A stretch of 64,000 bases of DNA from Lama guanicoe (lineage: Eukaryota), in contig MU053561.1 in the NCBI GenBank assembly GCA_013239625.1, positions 3,550,283 through 3,614,282 of the forward strand, given 5' to 3'. This document shows positions 50,576 to 61,499 of this stretch, one piece after another. The notes below the pieces were generated by a model. The model was given only the letters and a program-made list of their open reading frames with translations. It had not been told where the DNA came from and searched no databases. The position numbers were made by a program, and so were the translations under genes. Each line of letters starts with the position of its first letter. The first letter of the stretch is position 1.

Positions 50576-51004
50576 GTAAAAAATCAAATTACGTTATTAC
50601 AAAGGATTAATCAATAATTGTCAAAAATAAAGCTTACTGCTCTTAAAAAAATGTATTACCAATAATATCTTGTGCTGCTAACAGGTTTTCATATGCTCAT
50701 AAATAAAATTATTTTCTAAATGCTGTCAATTTTATGTTTATCACCCTTTTAAAATGTCTTTTTGTGTATGCTTTATAATTACAGAATATGCTATTACAAC
50801 AGTACATATATAAAGTTTGTTAATAATAAATATATATACACTGGATATGTATGCTGAAAATGTTTACTGATGGGCTGCAAAATTTAAGAAAATAGATTGG
50901 AAATAGCTGTCTAGTTGAATCAACAAAGAATTGCAAAGCCTTTGTAGTCCAACAGTGTCTGGCACAACGCTAGATGCCCAGTAAGTATTTAGAACTTTCT
51001 GTGA

Positions 51005-51121
51005 GGGGGAGAGGATAGCTCAGTGGGAAAGTGCATGCTTAGCATCCTGGGTTCAGTCCCCAGTACTGCTATTAAAACAAATAAGTAAATAAAAACCTAA
51101 TTACCTCCTCCCCCACAAAAA
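51005..51121 (+). mobile_element. tRNA-derived SINE (Vic-1-like, internal deletion)
   Basis: ggggagaggatagctcagtggg...gggttcagtccccagtac...aaacctaattacctcc. Imperfect TSD agaactttctgtga / agaaacttactgtga. Confidence 0.85.
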
Positions 51122-51279
51122 AGAAACTTACTGTGACTCTTTGCCCACCTCTGAATGCAAAATGTGGTGATTTACATATATTTTGTGTGTACATACACTT
51201 CTCCCTCAGAACATGCATTTCACTTGGTGAATAATTCTTCTGCATGAGTATATTTGCATAGGAAACCATGACAACAGAG

Positions 51280-51515
51280 GCAGCAGTGCATGGTGGTTGT
51301 ACCTTCTGAAGGTAGACCACCTGACTCTAAATCCTTGGCCTTATAATTTATTAACTATGTGGCTTTGAATAGACTACCATCTTCTCTGTGTCCCAGTTTC
51401 TTTGTGTGCAACAGTACCTACCTCATAGCTTTGTGATGAAGATCAGTGAGTTAATGTGTAAAGTCCCTTGACATGTCTGAAATATGTAAAGTGCTCACTC
51501 TAGGTTAGCTGCTAG
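51280..51515 (+). mobile_element. MIR SINE
   Basis: 'ctatgtggctttgaatagactaccatcttctctgtgtcccagtttc...acagtacctacctcatag'. Confidence 0.75.

Positions 51516-51519
<4 letters not shown>

Positions 51520-51550
<31 letters not shown>
51520..51550. repeat. (CA)n microsatellite
   Basis: Direct reading. Confidence 0.95.
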
Positions 51551-51553
<3 letters not shown>

Positions 51554-51659
51554 TGGGTGAGCATGCTGGATATGTGTATATTTCATGTAATTTCATTTAT
51601 ATTTCTTGTTCTCAATATGTATTTATATTGAACAATAATATTGTTAATAATATTCATAA

Positions 51660-51880
51660 CCCACACTTATTTAGCATCAGTTCTAGGCATTAGTTTAAGT
51701 GCTTTACACAGATTATCTTGCTCATCTTTGGAAAAAATATATAACATAACATGCTTCTGTTATTCCCATTTTACAGACAGAAAACTGAGGTCCAGAAAGG
51801 GTAAGTAATTCACTTCAGTTCACCCAGGCGGCATGTGAGAGAGCCACAAAGTCTGGCTTTTTAAATCAGTACTTACCACT
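51660..51880 (-). mobile_element. MIR SINE
   Basis: 'ttattcccattttacagacagaaaactgaggtccagaaagggtaagtaa'. Confidence 0.8.
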
Positions 51881-53386
51881 TCCCCATTGATTTAATAATG
51901 TTATTTATTACTAGGAGTAATAGTTTATAATATCTTTAATTGTCTAGTGCTTAGTATTTTATAAAATACTTTCATATCCAGTGAGTTTCATAACCAGCCT
52001 GTGATGTGAGTTGGGCAGGATAACTGTTCTCACTTTCATAGGAGAGAAAACTGGTACAACTGAAACCACCGGTGTCTTCTGGGAAAAGTGTTTCTGTGTT
52101 ACAAACATCCTGGGTGCCTCTATACACAGGGAGTCATTCACTGGAAATGTACTGAGCACTTATAACGTGTCAAAGTCAGACAGGGGTGCTGGCGATCTGA
52201 GCTACAGTCCTCCCCAGAAGCATCACAGCCTGGTGGGAGACCCAGGTATGGAAACCAAGAATCGCGGCACACAATGTTTAGACTCCAAGGGAGATATGAA
52301 AAGAGTGCTTATGGAACACAGAAGGAGGCACCATCTGTGCCAGGGAGGTCTTAGAAAAGGGAAAGGTGGCAGCGGGGGAGGCTTTCCTGGAAGAGAGAAT
52401 GTGTGTGTGTGAGTGTGACTCCATGTTTGTGACCATGACCGTGTGTCTAGGCATGGTTCCATATGGATCTGAGCATGTACCTGTTTACAGGGGCTTCTTC
52501 ATGTGTTAACTCATGCACGTGCAGGCTGTAAGTGTGGAAGGAGAAAGCCTGGATGTGAAAGAAAATGTGTCTGGATCCACACACACCACAGCAGAATCTG
52601 ACCTGCCCTGGATTGTCTCCCTATTTCCCTGTCTTCCCCCCAACACCAGGGTAACCAGAGATACCAGTTACTTCTCACTCTAGCAGTTGCCTGGTGAGCT
52701 ATGGTGATCAGACCCACCAGGTTTTCGGTCTGTCGGTCTGAATATGGAGTGGTCTAATAGAGCCAGCCAGCTTGTGTGAGTAATGGGGGGTGAACAGTAC
52801 AGGTGTCTGTGGGTGTACCCTTGTTTGCACACTTCCTGCTAGATGTGAATGCTTGGTGTTGACTGCTCCTAGCCAGACTGGGGAAACCTTCATCTTTACC
52901 ACCTTGGGAATTCATAAACTCCCCCATTTCCATTGCCACCTGAATGTGGCTGGCTTCCGCCTCCACTTAAATGTCCTGGGATATGTAAATATACTTCTGT
53001 CCTGGGGCTGGGCAGAGGCAAAGCTGGACAGCGCTGGTGCCCTTTTTCTGTGGAGGCACACCATGCTCTCCCCCACCTCATCCTGGTCCAGGAATCTCCC
53101 ATGGGATGAAAAATGTGTGCAAAGGCATACAGGAATGGTGGCAGCCAAGAGGAACCCAGAGGGTCACTTCCAGGGCGGGCTGATCAAACCCCCTCCCCTG
53201 AAGATAAAACCTGTGTTTAGGGCAAAACTCCAAGGAGTGAAAATGAGGACTCCTCTCTCCACAAATGCTATCCCAGGGATTGGGGCAGTGGGGAGTAAGG
53301 CTGCAATACTCTTATTTCTTTGAACTTGCACAATCAAACAAGCTACAATGCTTGCAAATAATACATAATTGATGGTGAGTAACAGC

Positions 53387-53410
53387 ATATATATATATAT
53401 ATATATATAT
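53387..53410. repeat. (AT)n microsatellite
   Basis: Direct reading. Confidence 0.95.
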
Positions 53411-54049
53411 AAAGTGGCCAAATAATTGAACTAGATTTTCCCTTTAATTATAAGGCATATAGATTCAGGGCTGTGGGGTCATGTAAGGCAAAGGTATCAT
53501 GTTCTGGAATACACATGATTTGTGTGTGTTCACAACCCTGGCCCAATGTACTGCCACACAGCTAAATATTCACATGTTAAAATAAGCAAGAATGGACTGC
53601 AATCATCAACACATGTGGCATGCCATATTTTAAGCTAACTGAATGAGTGAGTGAAAAGAAAAACAAACATATTCAGACAAGTAGAAGGGTCTCAAACAGT
53701 GAGCCCTGAAATGACAATACCTGGATTTTGTTTTCAGTTTCACCAATGATTTAATCTATTGAAAGATTTTTTTTAATCATATATGGGAAAATTAGTCTAG
53801 TGGCAGAATATCTCTCAAAAATATGAATATGCTTAATCAAGCCTTGCTAAAGTGCCTTTTAAAATGTAAATGGTCACTAATAGATGTTAGCTGTTGCATA
53901 TCTGAATATATTTTACTGTAGCACCGGATATAGTATTATTTCCATGTTCTGGACACAAATATTATCCTAAACTTTAAGGGAAGATACTGGTCTTATAATC
54001 TGCCAGGAGAATTTTTCCATAGTCAATATGTTGTTTGTTTGCACTTAAA

Positions 54050-54310
54050 TACTGCACCAATAATCTGAAAAAGAGAAATTGTCTGATTATGGCCAGAGAT
54101 TCTGATTAGAGGCTAAGGTTTCTGTCATGGACTGCTTTCAACTGTTATATTTTATGGCACAGATTCAGTGGGAATCTGATCTGCTAAAATATTTGGGCTG
54201 TGAAAACTCCCACACTGTGACAGATGTCAAGTCCAATTAAGTGACTCATGTCCAGGTTTCTGTCCAATAGGATTTCCCATTAAATATCAATTTAGGGAAA
54301 AAAATTCCAT
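54050..54310 (+). promoter_or_regulatory. NHLH2: Putative NHLH2 proximal promoter
   Basis: Repeat-free sequence upstream of the inferred first exon, with TGACAGATGTCA (54218), CAATTAA (54234), TGACTCA (54242), CCAAT (54264) and AT-rich attaaata (54279). The TSS is not directly visible. Confidence 0.5.
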
Positions 54311-54535
54311 CCCCCTTCTTAAGCCTTTATCTCTTCCACCATCTCCAGCCTGAATCAATTGGTACCAGGAGAGCCAAGAAGCCACACACGCATCTCTGCC
54401 TCTTTGCTCTGGCTTCTCCCACCCTCTCGCGTCTTTCTCCGCTTCCCTGTCACTGTTACTCCAGGAGACGTTCACTTTTCACCAACCTTCCTCCAAGCAT
54501 CTCCAAGCCACTGACAATGTATATTTTGCTACAAG
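54310..54535 (+). other. NHLH2: Inferred NHLH2 non-coding exon 1 (start approximate)
   Basis: Donor ctacaag|GTaaag at 54535/54536. Consistent with the recalled three-exon structure of mammalian NHLH2. Confidence 0.5.
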
Positions 54536-54935
54536 GTAAAGAAAGGAGGGGGTGGGGGTGGGAGATGTTACCAAGCCTTGAAAGACTTTGAAAGTGGAAA
54601 TAGGTACCTGTTTATACAACATACAAGTAAATGAGGGAAGAGAAAGAGGCAAGCTTAGCCCCGAGTTACAGTATTGTGTTCCTGGGAACTGGGGAGACAT
54701 CAGCTGAACAAAGCCTTATCTCAAAAAAAAAAAAAATCACTTCTGAGCAAGATCGCATCTCTGCCTTGCACTTCCCAGTTTCTGCTCAGCCGTATTAAGG
54801 GAAGGAAAGGAGTCCTACAGGAGCGGAATCTTATCTTAACCATCTTTCTTATTGATTCTTCGCTATTAGAAAGTGGAGGAATCAGCCCCTTTGATGTGAT
54901 TGTGTTTATCTCTGCATCTCTTTTGTTATTTATAG

Positions 54936-55257
54936 AGACCTAGAAGAGGAAAAGAGGCACGAGACTTTCCAACACATCGTTTAAAAAAAATCAACGAATT
55001 TCCCGAAATGTTTGAGAACAATTAAAAGGAAAAGGCGGTCTTGATCTATCAACTAAGTGAACAATCATTCATATCTTCCACATCCTGAGATACTATCGTC
55101 CCTCGCTGTGGACACCAGCGAGATGACAGCTGCTTTTTCATTTTTGAATGTAATAAATATTTGCTGCTTTTAATATATTTGGAATTTCTCCCCGCTATTC
55201 CCTGGAATTTTAACTCTAAAAGATCGGAGAAAAGATTACCGAAAAGGCTTTTACAAG
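54936..55257 (+). other. NHLH2: Inferred NHLH2 non-coding exon 2
   Basis: Pyrimidine tract plus AG (…catctcttttgttatttatAG, 54934-54935) and strong donor ttacaag|GTAAGC at 55257/55258. Confidence 0.6.
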
Positions 55258-55649
55258 GTAAGCCTCCTTTGAATGATTTTTCCCCCCAACCTTGGAACTA
55301 ACTTAGATTATTCACATTGCATTTGTAGATGTATTTCAGTGAGTGGTTGAAGAAACGAAATGCATACACGACATGTTACTTATGAATATTTTTAAAAGAT
55401 ATCTGGAGGAGAATTTAACCTGCTTTGAGGGCAACCCAGGAACTTTTTAGCCGAACTACAACTATGTTGTGGTTTATTGTGATTTTCCATTACTCGCCTA
55501 TTTATTTATACCCTTTCAAGGCGAAGGTGTAGGTGCAAGTTGTTCTACTTATGAACGTAGCCGAGAAAAGCCCGCAGGGAGTCACATGGAGTTCACCTGG
55601 AGCATTTGTTTTTATTTTGCCTTAGAGGACTTGCTTTCCTCGCAGGGAA

Positions 55650-57720
55650 ATGAAAGCCTCCTCGGAGTGAAATTCGCTCCTCGCCAAGTGCGGTGTTGCG
55701 AGCGGATGGCACCTTCCCTGCTTTTGTCTAGGAGCAAACCCCCCGCCCGTAGCGGACGCGATCGCTCCCTCTGCGAGCATCCCTCCTGCGGCACACGCGG
55801 GGACCAGGGCTCGCAGCCTGGTCCTCCCTCCCGGCGCCCGCAGCCGGTGCGCGCAGCCCCCGCAGGTGCTTTCCCCGCCTGCCGGCCCCTTTCTCGAAGC
55901 CAGAATTCCCCCGAAGCCCCGCGGCTGGCGGCGGCTCCCTCCCAGTAGGTGTGCGATGCAGGCCGGTCCACCGGGCTCCCGGGAGGAGCCGGGCAAGGCG
56001 GCCCTTCCAGGGGCGCATCCTTAAGAGAAAGGCGGAAGGTAGACTAGCTCGGCCTCGGCCCGGCCGCTCGGCGACCGTGCTACCGTCTCCCGACTCCGGG
56101 CTCCGAGCAGACGAACTTTGCAGGAGGGGATGCAGCTCGGGCCGGAGCAGCAGGCGAGGCGCCCGCCTCCCCTCGACCCCCGGGCCTGTCCTTCCCTCCC
56201 CAGCCTCTCCTCCTGCAGCCTCCCGGCCGCCGGCCTTTTCCAGTGAGGTGGTCGGCAGACTGTGGCCGCATTGTCTTATCTCACGTCGCCGGTCCCTAGG
56301 TCCCCGATGTGTGTGGCTGTCTGCGTGACAGATGGTGCTTCGGGAGACTGCGAGGGCGTAAGAGTCCATTTGCTGTTGAAAGGAGCCTCCGCGTTTGTTT
56401 AGTCATCTCTTTATTATTTCGGAGAAGCGCGAGGCGGACAAGAAGCCTTCCTGCTCGGGCCGCCTGCTCTCCGTCTGCGCGCAGGGCTGGGTTCTTCTTG
56501 ATCCTGGGCCGCCCCTGCGCCCTAGACCCGCGCGGGGCCCGCGGGCGCCCGGCTCTCCCGCAGCTTCGCCCCAGGCCCTCGCTTCGCGTCTCCCCGCCCC
56601 GCGCAAAACCCAGATGGATTCGCCGTTCGGATTCATTCGTTCGTCAGGGTCGGAGAAGTGAGGGAGCGGAATGGCCGAGTCGGTATTTGGCCGGAGGAAG
56701 CACAAAACCCAGTGGCGGCCTCGCAGGCCTGCGGGCGTTCTCCGGAGCAGGCCCGCGGGCCGGTCTCCGCCTCCTGCAGGCCGCGGTGGCAGGTCCGAGA
56801 TGCGGCCCCGGCCGAGGCGAGACCTCCCTGGCTCCGGCGCGGGGCTCGGCCCCCGGGCCTGCCCGCCTCGGCGCGCTCCCTCCCCGCGGCGCCCGCTCCT
56901 TGGAGGGCGCCGGCCTGCCGTGGGGAGGCGGCCCCGGGCCGCGCCGAAGCCCGGCGTGCTAGGCCCTCGCTCGCTCCAGCTCCTACTCAGAGACCCCCGG
57001 TCCTTTCACTGATTGCTTTTCTGACTCCCCCTCAGCCTCCAAAATGATGCTGAGTCCGGACCAAGCCGCCGACTCGGACCACCCCAGCTCGGCGCACTCG
57101 GACCCGGAGTCGCTGGGCGGCGCGGACGCCAAGGTGCTGGGCAGCGTGTCGGACCTGGAGCCTGTGGAGGAGGCCGAGGGCGACGGCAAGGGCGGCAGCC
57201 GGGCCGCCCTCTACCCGCACCCGCAGCAGCTGAGCCGCGAGGAGAAGCGCCGCCGCCGGCGCGCCACGGCCAAGTACCGCTCGGCCCACGCCACCCGCGA
57301 GCGCATCCGCGTGGAAGCCTTCAACCTGGCCTTCGCCGAGCTCCGCAAACTGCTGCCCACGCTGCCCCCGGACAAGAAGCTGTCCAAGATCGAGATCCTG
57401 CGCCTCGCCATCTGCTACATCTCCTATCTCAACCACGTCCTGGACGTGTAGGGCCGCGGCGCCGCGGGCGGCCGCCTGGCCGGGAGTGGGTGAAGCGCGG
57501 CCCGCCCGGGCGGCCGCCGCGGCGATGGCGGCAGAGGAGGCGGCCCAGCGGGACGGCCGCCGCCACGGCCTTGGAAGGTGGGGAACGCTCGCACCCGCGT
57601 TCTCTCGGGTCAGCAGCGCGACTCTGGCAGGTTTCTGACTCCAGAAGGGTGGGGTCTGGCGAGCCCCGGGGTGTGCAGGGGGGATTTTCCAGGCCAGGCG
57701 AACCTCCTGGAGGCACCGGA
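55650..57720. promoter_or_regulatory. CpG island over the NHLH2 intron and CDS
   Basis: Very GC-rich with dense CpG (cgcg, gcggcg), in contrast to the flanks. Confidence 0.9.
57044..57451 (+). CDS. NHLH2: Helix-loop-helix protein 2 (NSCL-2/HEN2), bHLH transcription factor, 135 aa
   Basis: [26 protein letters not shown]...[67 protein letters not shown] matches mammalian NHLH2 (the N-terminus differs from NHLH1). High GC3. Splice acceptor tccccctcAG at 57034-57035, 8 nt before the ATG. Confidence 0.98.
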   Translation: MMLSPDQAADSDHPSSAHSDPESLGGADAKVLGSVSDLEPVEEAEGDGKGGSRAALYPHPQQLSREEKRRRRRATAKYRSAHATRERIRVEAFNLAFAELRKLLPTLPPDKKLSKIEILRLAICYISYLNHVLDV

Positions 57721-59085
57721 GAGGAGGCTCCAGGCCTCCCTTCCACGTGTTAGGATCCCTTTAAGGGTCGTTGCTTTAGCTCACTGGAGACTGAGTTCTC
57801 CCACGTTTCTCTCCCACAGATCTTCATGTTTTGAAAGAACGAGGCCAGAAGCTCAGAGTCTGGACTTACACCTTTAGACTATCTGGATTTCTTCTAACTG
57901 ACAAATCACCAAACATTTAGAGGGAAGGGGAGGGCATCTTCTCCAGGGCAGAGATTTAAGGCACAGGAAGATGGAACCGGAAACTGTTCTGTTGTGAAAA
58001 GAAAGATTATATTAGAATCCAAACAGAACAGACAAGCCTAGAATATTTTGTAAGGTTAAAAAGATACATTGAGATATCGTGGGAAGATTTGAGTTTGGTG
58101 AGATTTTTGACCCCAAGGTCTGACGCTAATGTAGACAGAAAAATCCATATTTAAATGGAAAATGTAATATCTGATTGCTTTTTCAGGCGAAGTGCCCCTT
58201 TATATATCCAAAAACATCTATTTGTGACCTTAAACATGTGGACCCATAGGTGCAGTTAGAAAAAGACAACCTATTTTTATTTATGTTAGAAGGAGTAGAG
58301 TATTTTTTTCAAGACGTTTATTTTTCAGAGTGGTGATAATTTTACTTTGGATACTCTGTGCCAATTTATTTATAGTCAAGTGTTTACACTTTTTCCTGTG
58401 GAATAATTATGTCTAACTTTTTACGTGTGTGTTGAGATTATACTGTGGTCTTTCTTTTTGCTCTAATTATATTGCACTTGTATATCAAATTTCCCACATT
58501 TCCCTGTTTCTAAACATATTTTATATATTAAGATGTTTGTTCCTGAAAGGTTCTTTTGTTGTGAGATCAGCAACACTAACACTTCACTATTATAGTTTTT
58601 TAAAAAAAAAGTTAAGTGTTGTTAACCCTTATCTGTAGTTATGTCTGAAAAGTACTTTGCAAACTGTTTATAAGGAGAGTAGCTTCTTTGTGTGTGTGTG
58701 TGTGTGTGATGTTTGTGTGGGGGATGATTTTAGGAAATTAAGTTATTTTCCTAAAAAAAAAAAAAGAATTCAGAACTGCTTTCCTCTGTGACAACCAAAA
58801 AGAAAAGTCTATAACCTGAAAATGTTTCATGTTCTCAGCTGTGAAACTCTTAAAACAAGGAGTGTATTTTAGAGACAAGGGAAAAAAAAAAAAAACACAT
58901 CTGCTATCCAAAGATTTTAGTCTTTTTCAGGGTTTTTTTGTGTCTCTGTTGCTTTATATAATGCAATATTTTGTAGTGAAAATAGATATAATCTGGTTTC
59001 TATCTGACGAGTTTTTCATATCTCATGAATGGTGCGCTGTTTTGCATATAAATAAAGGTATCAAATAAAGTCATCTCCTTTATTT
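57452..59085 (+). other. NHLH2: NHLH2 3' UTR
   Basis: Transposon-free AU-rich stretch ending at tandem AATAAA signals. Contains a (TG)n tract at 58689-58708. Confidence 0.75.
59051..59069 (+). terminator. Tandem polyadenylation signals
   Basis: AATAAA at 59051-59056 and 59064-59069, followed by a T-rich stretch. Confidence 0.7.
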
Positions 59086-60409
59086 TAAGCATACTGCCTA
59101 AAAATAATGAACATACTGGCTAAGCATGAAATATCTTAATGCACTCAACTCCTCAGAAAGGAACTCATGAAAATAACAACCACAAAACCAAACCTTAACA
59201 CGTATAGCAAAATCTGATGCTCTTCCTAAACCTGCACTTTATCAGTCTATAAATAGGTGGCCTACATATGATGATGACATACATGGTGTTTCTCTTGATG
59301 AAGAAATAAAGTATAGTGTTTATATAAAATATTACTTGAATCATACATTCCTTTACCCTAAAGCAAACTTAGTAACTAGCACAATCTGTTCAAATTAGAG
59401 TTGGGAAACTGAGGTCCAAAGACTTTAACTGCCCCGCACTAAGTCACATGGCTCCTTAAGGGCAGTGAGAAGACCCCTGGTATGAAGACTCTAGGTCCTC
59501 ATGGCTTTATTAAGAACAAGGTGTATTTCACTATCGTAAGACTCAAACATCTAATCAGGACATAGATTTAGGACATGACATCTGCAAACAAAAAATAACT
59601 AAGCCCTGGACCTACCTTGACATATGAAGAATGTCATCGACAAAAGCCTATAGTTAATATAAAAATGTGAAATCTTCCGTCTACAAGCAGAAGACATGAA
59701 TAACTTAAAACACACACATATATCGAATATTATCAACTATGAGTCTATATTGCACCAAACCTCTGGTTGCAAAGTAAACAATACATTTATGTGGATGTTT
59801 GGTTTTGTATCTATAAAATAACTGTGATCATGAGTGTTTTTCACTTTTTACTCAGGTATCTTATAGTCAGGTTCACAGATACCTAATCCATGAGGCTTTA
59901 TTCTCTTCCTCATCTGAGGAAAGCACTTCCTAGGACATGAAAAAGAGCAGTGGCTTTTCTGGCCTTGAATCCGGACCACGTCGTGGCGCCTGCAGCAGGG
60001 ACCGGTTACCCGGCCTGCAAACACCCTCTGTCTCTCGATTGAGAGTTTGCAGGTCTTCCTTCCCACCTCGAGGAGTGTGGCAAGATAGCTATTCCCAGTC
60101 CTCATAGCACTTCTCTGTTGTAGGACAGAAAAATCGGCCCTGCTCCTATGCCAAGGAGATGATGTCAACTTGTAGCCTCTGGAAACCTTCTGAGGACCTC
60201 CCTTTCCTGGTTTATGAGCCCACCTTCCAACTGACCAACACAGTCCACCCGCTGACATCTAGAGGGAACCTGTTAACTCCGCTCTTTAGATTAAGGCCCT
60301 TCTGGACCAGAGGGTGTCTGGCTCCTCCTAGCACATGGCAGGGACCTAGTGAGTGTTCAGCCATAGGTAAGGGAGTAATGAGTCTTTGGATAACGATGAT
60401 GGTGATCGC

Positions 60410-60640
60410 TCAGTAAACATTCAACAGATGTTTACTGAGGACCTACTGTGTATCAGGCATTGTCCTAGGTGCTAAAAATAGAGCCACAAATGAGACTGGA
60501 GAAGAGTGTACACTTAATTTCAGGTGTTGCTAAATAAAGCAGGGTAAGGAAAGAGAATGGCAGCTAGGGGTGCTGGTGGAGGGTATTATGTTAGATAGAG
60601 CTGTTAGGGAAGGCCTCTCTGGGGAGGTAACCTCTGAGTG
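60410..60640 (-). mobile_element. L2 3' end
   Basis: 'cattcaacagatgtttactgaggacctactgtgtatcaggcattgtcctaggtgct...agggaaggcctctctggggaggtaac'. Confidence 0.85.
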
Positions 60641-61499
60641 GACCCATCTCTGCCGAACCAGCAGCCTCCACGACTGCTGGCCCTTGTGGTGTCCTCCCTC
60701 CTCCCATCCTGTTAACCTGACCTGTGCTCCTGCCGCCAACACAGCCCCTGGAGATGGCTCACCATTCCCCGCTGGCATCCTCCTTCCCCTCAGCTGCCCC
60801 CCACCCCCAGGCCAACCCCTGTCTGACCACAGTTCCTCCTCCTGTTCCTCCCGTCTCTGCTCTTGGTCCCCACGGCTCAACAACTTACCAGGGCATGGCT
60901 CCTCCCCAAGAAGCCTAGCCCCACCTGGCCCGGCTGACAAGGACACCTGTACTGCCTCCTTCTCTGCCCAGATGTCCCCTCACTTCTGCCACTGTTTGGA
61001 GATATCCAGAGAAAGGGGGCAAACGTTCTGGGGAAAAACAAAAACAAACGAAAACCTCCCCTTGCGCGGAGAGGGCAAGGAAAGGGGCAGGGGCAAAGTG
61101 AGTGGTGGGAAGCACAGGGGAAGAAGAGCAGACCGGGGACAGGGGAAACAGGTGTGGGAAGAAACGAGGCTGGATCGAGGTGGAGGACTGGGGCAGGGAA
61201 CACCTGCATCCCATTTGAACCCTGTTCTCAGGGCTTCCTCCGGTGGCCCTGCCCATGAACACATGGCACCAGACTGCTCTGTGAGGTAAGTCGACAGAGC
61301 GGACCTCTGTGACACTGGGGTTTATCCAGTTCCCTTCACTGCTGCCTGGATGTCTCTGCATGCCGTCTTCCGCCCAGGGGTGTTCGGGGCATCAGGGGTC
61401 AAGGGGGTGGGGACAGCTAACTCGAACACACGTACAGGTGATACTCCTTCCGGGCTTAGAAGGGCTGTCTCGGTTAGTGCTGGTGGTGGTAGAAACAGT

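Larger units (their letters stand above)
44941..50909 (+). mobile_element. Near full-length Charlie4-like hAT transposon with decayed transposase and nested L1s
   Basis: 5' end cagtgtcttttaagtaggggg...aggaagaaaatattataatttcta and 3' end tttactgatgggctgc...ttggaaatagctg. Decayed transposase peptides LKRIPMSANS, VAEDVKKQVL...FAIQLDE (~49200-49330), RFCFNNEIHEKL and YHSEILWLA (~49742) resemble Charlie/ZBED5-type hAT transposases. Confidence 0.8.

Noticed and set aside
52790..53323. 177-aa ORF
   Set aside because: GTG start and no homology or coding-like codon bias visible.
55469..57047. Long Arg/Pro/Gly-rich ORFs (119-217 aa) on both strands
   Set aside because: Stop-codon depletion in the CpG island; they lie in the NHLH2 intron.
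57032..57436. 134-aa antisense ORF over NHLH2
   Set aside because: Typical antisense shadow of a high-GC3 coding sequence.
60570..61289. 239-aa ORF, the longest in the track
   Set aside because: GTG start inside an L2 remnant, low-complexity C-rich then G-rich composition, and no recognisable domain.
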